From the sequence record SRR2962707_2659: a stretch of 39,947 bases of DNA; one strand, given 5' to 3'. A model generated the notes under the pieces. That model was not told where the DNA came from, searched no databases, and saw nothing but the letters and a program-made list of their open reading frames with translations. This document shows, one piece after another, positions 28,132-37,039 of the stretch. The position numbers were made by a program, and so were the translations under genes. The stretch's first letter is position 1, and each line of letters starts with the position of its first letter.

Positions 28132-29935
28132 CGTTGAAGGTCCAAGTTTTTGTTTTACCGCTTTGGCTCGTTACGCTGGCCGCCCATTCATCAGGCACAT
28201 TCCTATCCATGGCAATCGATGCAACCACATTCAGTAGGTGAGCAACACGAGCGCAGCATCGTGGCTTTGCCGAAATTGCATCAGCAATGAGCCCATGAAG
28301 CACTTCGTCGCTCTTATGAGCTCTCTCGGCAAGGAAAGCAGGAAAATCGTCCACATTCGCTGGCAATTCGTAAGGGGCCAGTTCGGCATCCCGAAGGATG
28401 CTGTCATCAGCTGCAAGTACCCAGCCGATGATATGTTCCATCGTCCATCCGTCTGGCCAGATCACGACGCGGGCTGGCGGCTCGGCTTTGGCGGCGAGTG
28501 CGGCCGCATAGCCTTTACCCTGCTGATCGCCATCGACGAGACAAGTAAGCATTGGGTGCACGCCGTGGAGTTCATCAAACACCTCGGCAATCCGGGCATC
28601 CTTGGTCGGTATCGTACCTATCTCGTGCGTAAAACTAACGAGGCTATCTTCTGTGGCCGAGATATCGGCCACACGCGCCAGAAGGCGTAGCCAATTGGCA
28701 TCCGTCTTGCCCTCAGGGATGACAACTGCCGGGTTCATAATAGCGGTGACAGTTGCATCTCTGTCAGACAGAAACAGTCCACGCTGCGGGCTGGTCGCGT
28801 TTGTGCCGAGCGGGGCTGCGAGAAGCCGCGAAGCGGTCAAGCACCCAGCATCATTTGCCAAAAGGACCAGCTGATGAGGGCCAGGTACGGCGGCCACAGT
28901 GGGCGAATGTGTTGTAACGATGGTTTGGGACGCGTGCTTCTGCATCAAGTGCAGCAGGCGCCGCTGCTGTGGGGGCGGGATATGCAGCTCCGGCTCCTCG
29001 ATACACATGAGGAAGTTTTCGCCACTTGCCGTGCGCAAAGCACCAAACCGCATCAGCAGTATCAGCGTCTGAAGCGAAATCAGGCCGCTGCCGTGCCTAC
29101 GAGAGGGAAGTGGCATCTGACCGCCTTCAGAGAAATGTGGAATGACCGCTTCGAGCACACCTTCGCTGTCTGTTGAAGTCAGGCGGAGCTTGAGTTCCGT
29201 CTGACGGCCAAAAAGGCTGACAATGTCCTTGTTCACCTCGTCAATGAGAGGCTTCATTTTTTCGTCTTCTTCAAGCGGTGCCTCGGGATTACGCAATCTA
29301 TCCCGTTCTTCGAGAACGGCTTCGGCCGGCTTTCCACCAACGTAGGTTACCGCACGGCGAAACAGTTCCGACCCAAAGGAAATCATCCTGTCCCAGGTCC
29401 GGCTTGCCGGTACGAGAAAGAAACCCAGCTCCTTGATTAGAGCTATGGGAATCTGAGTGATGTTTGCATCATCTGCAAACGGGTCGCCCTGCTCCACATC
29501 GTCGAGAAAGTAGCGGATGCTCTCAACCTCAAGACTCGCATGATCAAAGCGAGCGCAGAAGGCGATTTGACAAACAAGAAAGTCGTCTTCGGTTTGCTTC
29601 GCCGCCGAAAGGGTACCGTGGGTAGGGTTGATCCACTTGGGAACCGCACGACCTGCACGAAACCATTCCGGGTGACGGGCAGGATCATTGGGGGAAAACT
29701 CGGAAATGGTCGCAACAATTTTTATGCGGTCCGCCGCCTCAGGACATGATCCATAGAAATCATGTTCGGTCAGGGAGCGGACGAGACGATCACGTCCAAA
29801 CAGGAGTGCAAGGGACTCGATAATCGTGGTCTTGCCGGAATTATTCGGCCCGATCAGCACGGTGAAGTCACCGAAAGTGACTTTACCCGATTTTATGCCT
29901 CTGAACCCCTCAACCTCGATTGCGTGAATGCGCAT
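28112..29935 (-). CDS. OLD-family ABC-ATPase/TOPRIM nuclease (Gabija GajA-like), 607 aa
   Basis: FRGI, GPNNSGKTT, GSG, IEEPELH, TTHSP, TOPRIM EGKTD and DGD. Confidence 0.92.
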   Translation of the reverse strand: MRIHAIEVEGFRGIKSGKVTFGDFTVLIGPNNSGKTTIIESLALLFGRDRLVRSLTEHDFYGSCPEAADRIKIVATISEFSPNDPARHPEWFRAGRAVPKWINPTHGTLSAAKQTEDDFLVCQIAFCARFDHASLEVESIRYFLDDVEQGDPFADDANITQIPIALIKELGFFLVPASRTWDRMISFGSELFRRAVTYVGGKPAEAVLEERDRLRNPEAPLEEDEKMKPLIDEVNKDIVSLFGRQTELKLRLTSTDSEGVLEAVIPHFSEGGQMPLPSRRHGSGLISLQTLILLMRFGALRTASGENFLMCIEEPELHIPPPQQRRLLHLMQKHASQTIVTTHSPTVAAVPGPHQLVLLANDAGCLTASRLLAAPLGTNATSPQRGLFLSDRDATVTAIMNPAVVIPEGKTDANWLRLLARVADISATEDSLVSFTHEIGTIPTKDARIAEVFDELHGVHPMLTCLVDGDQQGKGYAAALAAKAEPPARVVIWPDGWTMEHIIGWVLAADDSILRDAELAPYELPANVDDFPAFLAERAHKSDEVLHGLIADAISAKPRCCARVAHLLNVVASIAMDRNVPDEWAASVTSQSGKTKTWTFNDAVPRI

Positions 29936-29944
29936 CCTGCCCCC

Positions 29945-31255
29945 TTACTGCATTGTCGTTGTTATCCTTGTCCGCATGGCGTCGCCAATCGACCCAGCAA
30001 TTTCGGCCGGAAAGTCCTTTGGCATGGCTTTGACAGCACGCTCCAAAGCTGCATCGGCGCTATCGGCCAAAGTAGCGAATACCTCTTCGACCTTTTCCTC
30101 TTCCACACCTGCCGCCTTGGCGTTTTGCAGAAAATGGCGCGGCATGATTTCGTCAATCGGATAGTGACGCTTGTCGCCAACAGCCATAGCAAGGCGAAAC
30201 TCCTTCCGCTGGAGTTGTTTTGCTGCGTAGTTCGGCTGCGTGGACATGATGTCGTAGAGCGGGGTCATCCGGTAGCGGCCACCCGGCGTGAGGAAGAGGC
30301 TGAAGTTCTTGGCGTGGCCGTCAGGCGCACCAATCAGCCAGAAAATGATCTGCGCCTTGAGAAAGGCGAGACGGTCTTCTTCGGCATAGTCACTACCGTT
30401 GAGCAGGTTGAGGCATTCCCGAATCCCGGGGCCACCGTCACTGTTGTACTTGATGGTTGGCGGCACGGAGAGTGCCTGGCAGAAATCCTCCTGCGGCACT
30501 CGTAGCAGGCGTCCATCGCTGGCCTTTAGGCGGTCAAAACGCTCAACCGCCAAAACGCGCACGTCGTCGAAATTGACAATCTGGCTTTGCGCCACGTCGA
30601 GGCCCAGCTCCCGGCAGAGGGTGAGGCAGAAATGCTCGTTCTCAACGCTCAGAGTCATATCGAGCCCGTTGGGCAACTTACCCAGCTCGGGCTTCAGAAT
30701 ATGTGTGGTGGGCGTCGCACCCTTGGGCAGGCACCAGCCATTATCCCAAAGCAACGCGGTTTTCTCCTGTGCCCCGGCAATAGAGATGCGCAGTTCCCGC
30801 TCACCATCCGGGCGAATGCCCAAGGGCACGGTGGCGAGATTTCTGATGATATCGGCAACGTCGGCATCGCTGAGGGGCGCGCACTCCGGCGGTCCCGGCG
30901 GGGTGATATCGCCCCCTTCAGGCACAAACTGCAATGCACCGACACAATCACGGCCGATCTTATTGAGAAGGCTGAAGGCGTCCGTCCCTTCTGCACCGAC
31001 CTTCTCGGCGACCTTGCGCCGGATCTGGTCGTTGTCTGGAAGGAGGTTGTCGAAGAAGGCTGAAACTTCCGCCCCGGAATAGCGCTCTTCTCGCAGCGGC
31101 AAGGAAAGTGAAACCGGAATGGCACGTCGCTCGTCTGCAAGCCATCCTGCGTCGTAGACAAACGAAACGGCACCATTGGCAGCGCGATCCAGCACGCCAA
31201 CGAGCCGCCCGTTGAGGGCGACCGAAAGACGAGCGCTCTTGCGCGCGCGGGCCAT
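29945..31255 (-). CDS. hipA: HipA kinase toxin, 436 aa
   Basis: SLSLPL, FFDNLLPD, SIAGAQEK, PTTHILKP, NEH, VERFDR, QEDFCQ, DGHAKNFS, PLYD. Confidence 0.97.
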   Translation of the reverse strand: MARARKSARLSVALNGRLVGVLDRAANGAVSFVYDAGWLADERRAIPVSLSLPLREERYSGAEVSAFFDNLLPDNDQIRRKVAEKVGAEGTDAFSLLNKIGRDCVGALQFVPEGGDITPPGPPECAPLSDADVADIIRNLATVPLGIRPDGERELRISIAGAQEKTALLWDNGWCLPKGATPTTHILKPELGKLPNGLDMTLSVENEHFCLTLCRELGLDVAQSQIVNFDDVRVLAVERFDRLKASDGRLLRVPQEDFCQALSVPPTIKYNSDGGPGIRECLNLLNGSDYAEEDRLAFLKAQIIFWLIGAPDGHAKNFSLFLTPGGRYRMTPLYDIMSTQPNYAAKQLQRKEFRLAMAVGDKRHYPIDEIMPRHFLQNAKAAGVEEEKVEEVFATLADSADAALERAVKAMPKDFPAEIAGSIGDAMRTRITTTMQ

Positions 31256-31506
31256 TAAAAGATGCCCTCAATATCGCTGTGAGACCCTTTAGTGCGCGGC
31301 TGAATGACAACCTCAAGATCGAGCGCGCGCAGTAAATCCATGACGGTGCTGAGCTTGACGGTTTCGAGGCCGGTCTCCACCTGAGAAACTGTCCCCTGCC
31401 GTACCCCTGCCCGCTTAGCTAATTCGGTCTGAGTAAGGTCATGCGTACGCCGAAAACGACGCAATGCGACGCCGAGCTGCTTTGGTGATCTGACGAGTTC
31501 CGACAT
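31255..31506 (-). CDS. hipB: HipB XRE-family antitoxin, 83 aa
   Basis: LTQ.ELA..AGV.Q..VS..E HTH; stop overlaps hipA start. Confidence 0.93.
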   Translation of the reverse strand: MSELVRSPKQLGVALRRFRRTHDLTQTELAKRAGVRQGTVSQVETGLETVKLSTVMDLLRALDLEVVIQPRTKGSHSDIEGIF

Positions 31507-31533
31507 GACATAATTCCCACTTGTTTTGAGAAT

Positions 31534-31605
31534 TATACGTCATAGCGTATATAACGTCAATATCCGTTATAGCGTATAATATTACTTTATCACCTAGAGC
31601 GTATA
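31534..31605. promoter_or_regulatory. Three HipB operator-like 18-bp palindromes, 27-bp period
   Basis: TATAC-N8-GTATA (31534), TATCC-N8-GTATA (31561), TATCA-N8-GTATA (31588); resemble E. coli HipB operator TATCC-N8-GGATA. Confidence 0.8.
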
Positions 31606-31635
31606 ACAGAGCATAGCGGCCGAAGGACTGACAAA

Positions 31636-33276
31636 TCACTTCGACACACCTCCCTCATCATCGAGAGGGTAGAGAATGTCCCTGTAGGGCGGGGGTAAAG
31701 CCGCCGAAGTAGAGGCGGGTAGCGAAGCAAGATTGGCCCCCTGCAAGGGCCGCGACAATGCGGAGCCCCCAGAGCTGCTTAGCTGCACCGACACTTCCGA
31801 AAGCGGGTGCTTGATGAAATGCTGCTTGAGAGCATCCGCAATACCCTTTTCCTTACTCGTGCTCGCCAGTTTCAACACCGCCTGACCATCCTTCCAGTCG
31901 ATTGGCGCCTTGGTTCGCTTTGCCTTTTCACTCTGGAGAAGTGACAAAGCAGCGGGCTCTATCGTACCGGAGGTCCAAATTTCAAAACGGTGTTCAGCCT
32001 CACGGAACCTGTCATGGCCGCGCAGGTAGGCGCGAATAGTCGGAATCTTCTCCAGCCATTCATTGACCTCCCCAATCGTCAAAACGCCGCCAGGCTCCTT
32101 GCCCTTACACTCAATGGCAGTGATTGAGGCCGATTGATGTGTCACCTTCAGAACATCAATTTCGGCTGGCTTTCCGGTTTGCGGGTCTTTGGCCATCACA
32201 TTCATGTCGATGGATACGGCATCGCAACGGGCCAGATAGCCCGCCACAAGCTCGAAAAGGACTCCTCGGAGATTCCCATTTCGCCCCTCGATCTCAAGGA
32301 GGTTGTCCATAAGGGACATGAGCCGCTCAGGGCTGGAAGAGGCATACGCCGCAGCATTTTTCAGCACTTCCATCAGGGAGGCGATGGCAGCGCCGACCCG
32401 TTTGCCGAACAGGTCCTTCGGCGTTGCCATGAGAACACCGGCAGCATGACCTGCTGTAAGCGCGGCACCTGAAAACTCATCAGCAACGATGATGGACAGA
32501 ACGCCGATATCCTTAAGGGTAGATTTCAGCATTCTAGCTTTGCGGACAAAGTACTGGACTTCATTCGCTCCAAGCCTGCCTTCGGCGAACACATCGGCCA
32601 CCACAAAGCCCGGCTTACCAGGCCCCAGAAGCGGCAAGAGATAGCTTGGTCCCGCGAGATCAAATGCAAATGGACCGATGGGTTTCAATTCAGGCTCGCC
32701 GCGCACTCGCACAGTGTTAAAGCTGACTAGGCCAATCTTCCGCGCCCACTCCCGAATACCATCAAGTAGAATACGCTCCGTCAGGTCACGCGCCCTTAGT
32801 CCTGTTAGCGAAGCGTTCGCCAATGACATCGGCAATTCGTAATGAGCTACATTGTCGAAATAAACTTCGCGCACGAAGCCAGCTCTAAGCAGCCGTTTGG
32901 CTACCACCTCGACAGATAGTTGTCCTTCCACAGGAATAAGAGGCGCAGAGCTAATGACCGGAAAATCATCCTTCCGTATGAGACCCCCTCGGGCAATCAT
33001 GCCATCAATGGCGATGCCGAAAACCGACCCAGTTGCCCTCAGGTCTCTCATGAAGTTGGCCCAGAAGCGTTCGCTGTTCCGATCCTTCTCGAGGTAAAGA
33101 AAAGCTTCACGCTTTGGCAGCATAGCAATAGGAAATCGCCGAACAGGCATCGGCGCACGCGATATGCGCTGACGCGCCGCCTCCGCCGTCAAGCCAGACG
33201 CGATCAAGGCCTCCGCAACTAACGAAGACCGCGAAGGACCATGTTCCGAGAGGTACTGTTTTATCTGATACGCCAT
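31636..33276 (-). CDS. Hypothetical protein with C-terminal PD-(D/E)xK nuclease-like domain, 546 aa
   Basis: G.LFE....EIDVL....IECK; N-terminal HTH-like segment. Confidence 0.7.
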   Translation of the reverse strand: MAYQIKQYLSEHGPSRSSLVAEALIASGLTAEAARQRISRAPMPVRRFPIAMLPKREAFLYLEKDRNSERFWANFMRDLRATGSVFGIAIDGMIARGGLIRKDDFPVISSAPLIPVEGQLSVEVVAKRLLRAGFVREVYFDNVAHYELPMSLANASLTGLRARDLTERILLDGIREWARKIGLVSFNTVRVRGEPELKPIGPFAFDLAGPSYLLPLLGPGKPGFVVADVFAEGRLGANEVQYFVRKARMLKSTLKDIGVLSIIVADEFSGAALTAGHAAGVLMATPKDLFGKRVGAAIASLMEVLKNAAAYASSSPERLMSLMDNLLEIEGRNGNLRGVLFELVAGYLARCDAVSIDMNVMAKDPQTGKPAEIDVLKVTHQSASITAIECKGKEPGGVLTIGEVNEWLEKIPTIRAYLRGHDRFREAEHRFEIWTSGTIEPAALSLLQSEKAKRTKAPIDWKDGQAVLKLASTSKEKGIADALKQHFIKHPLSEVSVQLSSSGGSALSRPLQGANLASLPASTSAALPPPYRDILYPLDDEGGVSK

Positions 33277-33482
33277 AATGTCACACTGCTTAATTTATTA
33301 ATTATCCTACCTTGTTTGGCCTTGTTTTTCAACGCTTCCACTAACCCCATACAAATCAATAGGTTAGATGGTGATATTTCGCCATATGAGGGGATGCGAT
33401 GTCACAGTACCGGCTGACCGCATTCGAAAAGCGAACTCAAAATGCTGTCCCGAAATAGCTGGCACAAAATAGTGGAGGCCGC

Positions 33483-34403
33483 CTAAGCGGCGGCCTCTAT
33501 CTCGCGGGATTGCAGGTTGCTGAGGTAGTCAGCCGCCTTAGCGGCTTGGCTGGCGGCGGTGAAGATGGCCTTCTTGTCGGCCTTCATGACTTCCAGCCAG
33601 TGGCCCAGGTATGCGGCGTGGTCAGCGCGCGGCTCCAGTGAGATGCCAAGCTCGGCGCACAGGAATGCAGCGCCCAGCTCGGCCACAAGCTCTTCCATCG
33701 CATAGGCGTTGTCGCCGAACCGCTTGCCGAACTGCCGGTCACACCGGTTGGATGCTCCGGTCCAGTGGGTCAGCTCGTGCAGCAGCGTTGCGTAATAGCT
33801 CTCGGTGGGCGAACTAGTGTCAGTGCCAAGGAAGCGGTCCCGCTCCGGTACCTGAATGGCATCCGCCACACGGTCATAAAAGGCACGCTCGCCGCCATGA
33901 TTGATGATAGCGCCAGTCGCCCGGATGTAGGCATCGGCATGGGCGATAGCTTCAGCGGGATTGGCCGGTGCCGGTACTGCCGGCAGCGTGAAGCCGTCCA
34001 CCTGATCGGCGTTGAAGACATAGCTGGCCTTGGCAACGAAGCGCTTACGTCCGTTCTCGCCCTCTTCCTCGGCGTCCGTCGTGTCGTCGCCTTGAAGCTC
34101 CTTATAGAAGACTACCAGACTGGACTTCTCGCCCTTGCGAACCTGCGCCCCGACGGATTGCCACTGGCGATATGTGCCCCAGAGGCCGGATGAAAAGCCC
34201 GTCAGTTCAGCCGATGCCCAGAGGCTGATCACGTTCACGCCCCGGTAGTGCGCGCTGGTGGCAACATTCTGCGGCCGGTGGGAGACGAAGCTGCTGCGAT
34301 GCCAAGGCATCTGGAATGCCCCCTGCCCTGCTTCGATGGCGGCCACGATGCGGTCAGTAACCTGGCTGTATACGTCTGCCCGTTGGTTGCTCTTATGTGT
34401 CAT
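33483..34403 (-). CDS. ardC: ArdC antirestriction / ssDNA-binding protein (DUF1738 + zincin-like), 306 aa
   Basis: Y..VTD.I, MPW, YRGVN, WGTYRQW, VRKGEK, VFNADQ, HELTHWTG, YA.EELVAE; AGGAGG RBS before ATG 34403. Confidence 0.95.
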   Translation of the reverse strand: MTHKSNQRADVYSQVTDRIVAAIEAGQGAFQMPWHRSSFVSHRPQNVATSAHYRGVNVISLWASAELTGFSSGLWGTYRQWQSVGAQVRKGEKSSLVVFYKELQGDDTTDAEEEGENGRKRFVAKASYVFNADQVDGFTLPAVPAPANPAEAIAHADAYIRATGAIINHGGERAFYDRVADAIQVPERDRFLGTDTSSPTESYYATLLHELTHWTGASNRCDRQFGKRFGDNAYAMEELVAELGAAFLCAELGISLEPRADHAAYLGHWLEVMKADKKAIFTAASQAAKAADYLSNLQSREIEAAA

Positions 34404-34428
34404 GTGTCGATCCTCCTTTTGCGGTTGC

Positions 34429-34651
34429 GAGCCGCGCGCTTCGCGGCCTTGTGAGGCCAAAGCGCAGCGGAGGACCGGAGGCGGCATTCCTCAGGAACCG
34501 AAACACAGTGGAGGACGGCAAGGACGGCGCTTTTTGCAGCGCGAGGAATGGCGCACGCCGTGCGCCAGGGGAAAAAGCAATGTGCCGCGCCGTTGCCCAT
34601 ACGGGACCCGATGCGATGGTCCGAACAGATAGGGCCGTGAATGCGCGGCTC
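34429..34651. promoter_or_regulatory. Structured leader upstream of ardC (candidate ssDNA promoter / ssi)
   Basis: Imperfect outer inverted repeat 34429-34450 / 34631-34651; inner motifs shared with DUF736 leader. Confidence 0.55.
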
Positions 34652-34914
34652 TCGCTCTATCCGCTGGAGGACGACACGACATATGCGCCAACGGTGCAGC
34701 TACAGCTCGCACTGCTGATTGATCGAAAAGCCGGGAAGATCGGGGGATTCAATGCCTGTGCGGAGTATTGCTCCGCTTTTTCAGGCGCTGATTTTCTGCA
34801 CGCGCACGATCCGTGGGCTGATGAGCGGCGGATAAGTGAGTGACATGACTTGCGGACTCGGCCTAGGGTTTCAGAGCATCACAGTAATCATCGAGGGCAG
34901 CGCGGGAGGGGGCG

Positions 34915-36603
34915 ATGGTCTTTGGTCTGTTTGGCAAGAAGAAGGCGCAAACACGCCTTGACGAGAACTGGCGCGATCGGATCGACCCCGCACACAAGGA
35001 AGCGCTGGAAATTCTAGAAGCATCGGGAGAAGTCGGCCCACCGTGGGTGCCCAGCTATCGGGCGGCCCTGCGCTTCGGCAAAATGGACGAAGCCAACGAG
35101 ACACTGCGCGGACACATCGTTCCGAAGTTGTCGAAGGAGACCTATGAACGCCTGCTAAATGCTGGTGGCAGCAATTGCTGGGCAAGTGCTTTTGACCTGA
35201 TCAACAGCGGCTATGTGCAGCCCCCAGACGAAGGACCAATCGACCGGATGGTCATCGGCCGCATACCCCACCCCAGCAAGCCAAACGTCTTTGGCGAGAT
35301 CGCATTTAGTGGGGATGGGCATCTGCTAACCGTCGCACCCACCGGCGCAGGTAAAAGCCAGCGCTTCATCCTGCCGACGGCCTTGGACTACAACGGCCCG
35401 ATCCTCATCTTCGACCCCAAGGGCGAAGCCTACAAAGAGACCGCATGGCGGCGCTCGTGGCATGGGCCGGTGTTCAAGTTCGCGCCCTTTGACGACAACG
35501 ACGACAGCGACCACTTCAATCCGTTGGACTTTGTGGCCGACTGGGACGACGCGCGAGTGCTGGCTGACTTGCTTCTCAACGTCCCCGAGAAGCAAGACTT
35601 CTGGGACAGCTCGGCGCGCGACCTTGTGCGTGCGCTTATTATATATGTGGTGAAAGTCCGCCCCGGCGGACAAGCCAATATACGCGAGGTGCTGCGCGCC
35701 CTCTCCCCCAGCGTCGAAGAGTTCGAGGACATGCTCGATGCCATGCGGACGACGCAGGAAGAGCCCCTTGTGGAGATGGCAAATGCGCTTGAGCAAATGT
35801 CCGAGAAAATGCGCACCTCCATGTATCAGGTTGCGCGCACGCAGCTGGACGTGTGGCGCTCACAAGCCGTTGAGCGCGTGACGAGCGACACCACCGACGG
35901 ATGGTCGCCGGAAATCATCCCGTCCAGCGCCTATTTCAATGAGCAAATGGTCGATTATGGCTTCCCGCTTGGAGGTAAATTTGTCGAAGACGGCCTCATG
36001 CGGGGTGCCACACCGTCGGTCTATCTCATCATTCCACCGGACAAGATAGCCAGCTACCGGAGCCTTCTCCGGGTCATGCTGGGTATGCACTTGAATGGCG
36101 CAATCAAGGCGAATCAAGGTGAAGAGGACCCCAAGCCGCTTCGTCCTTACCTCTTCATCTTCGATGAGCTGCCTCAGCTCGGCTATATGGAGCTGATCGA
36201 GAAGGCCGTCGCCATCGCCCGCAGTGCCAATGTTCGACTCTGGTTCTTCGTACAAGACTTGGCGCAACTGCGGGAGACGTTCTCAAAGTGGGAGAGCCTT
36301 CTCGCAAACTGCAAGGCGCAGATATATTTCCGGCCCGGCGACCTGGGCACGGCGGAGTATCTCAGCCGCTTGCTCGGCCGCCGCAAGGATGTTCTGGGGT
36401 CGGACAGGGAACTTGCAACGCCTCAAGAACTCATGGGGCCGGATTTCGACGGCAAGGCCATCTTGCGGCTGGCGGGCCAAAAGCCCGTCAAGGCAACGCT
36501 GCCGGAAGCCTTCTATGAGGATGAGGACACACAGGACTATATCTCGACCCAGAAAATCGGAATCTACAGTGTTCCGCAACGCGAACGCGGGGAGGAAAAC
36601 TGA
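34915..36603 (+). CDS. Type IV coupling protein 2 (VirD4/TraG family) with no obvious TM anchor, 562 aa
   Basis: GHLLTVAPTGAGKS, DPKGE, FNPLD, FDELPQLG, QDLAQL, RELATPQE. Confidence 0.9.
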   Translation: MVFGLFGKKKAQTRLDENWRDRIDPAHKEALEILEASGEVGPPWVPSYRAALRFGKMDEANETLRGHIVPKLSKETYERLLNAGGSNCWASAFDLINSGYVQPPDEGPIDRMVIGRIPHPSKPNVFGEIAFSGDGHLLTVAPTGAGKSQRFILPTALDYNGPILIFDPKGEAYKETAWRRSWHGPVFKFAPFDDNDDSDHFNPLDFVADWDDARVLADLLLNVPEKQDFWDSSARDLVRALIIYVVKVRPGGQANIREVLRALSPSVEEFEDMLDAMRTTQEEPLVEMANALEQMSEKMRTSMYQVARTQLDVWRSQAVERVTSDTTDGWSPEIIPSSAYFNEQMVDYGFPLGGKFVEDGLMRGATPSVYLIIPPDKIASYRSLLRVMLGMHLNGAIKANQGEEDPKPLRPYLFIFDELPQLGYMELIEKAVAIARSANVRLWFFVQDLAQLRETFSKWESLLANCKAQIYFRPGDLGTAEYLSRLLGRRKDVLGSDRELATPQELMGPDFDGKAILRLAGQKPVKATLPEAFYEDEDTQDYISTQKIGIYSVPQRERGEEN

Positions 36604-36650
36604 GGTCCGCTCACGCTTTCCGCAGTTCCCCTCGCCGTGTCCGTCACGCA

Positions 36651-36842
36651 TCAAATCCGATGCGATTTCAGCCAGTCGATAAAGGCTTGGCGGTCGATAT
36701 AGACCCGCCCGCCGACTCTCAGCAGGCATTCCCGGAAGCCATTGCGCTCCGCATTGAAAATCCACCAACGCACAGTGGCCTCGGGGAATGCCGGATACTC
36801 TTCGACCAACTGATTGACTGTCAGAACATCTGAACCATCAAT
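36651..36842 (-). CDS. Putative excisionase 2 (absent from ORF track), about 63 aa
   Basis: Hand translation IDGSDVLTVNQLVEEYPAFPEATVRWWIFNAERNGFRECLLRVGGRVYIDRQAFIDWLKSHRI, clear paralogue of 1450-1665; AGGAGG 8 nt upstream of ATT. Confidence 0.8.
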   Translation of the reverse strand: MDGSDVLTVNQLVEEYPAFPEATVRWWIFNAERNGFRECLLRVGGRVYIDRQAFIDWLKSHRI

Positions 36843-37039
36843 CGTTCCATCCTCCTATTATTACACGTCATAGTTGTAATATGGGGATTGCTATAACCAC
36901 TTTACACCCCAGTAGCGGCAGATTTCTGCCGTTCGTGTACGGATGAATGCTGTGAGTTATGAATGTCGCTGGGAGCTGCTGGCAGCCATAGCGCGCCATT
37001 GTAACTTTCCCGTATTTGAAAGACGCGAAAGTTACGATT

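Noticed and set aside
13163-31082. Long antisense or alternate-frame ORFs (e.g. 13163-14002, 19705-20640, 29762-30505, 30399-31082)
   Set aside because: Shadows of well-supported GC-rich genes, with no recognisable motifs
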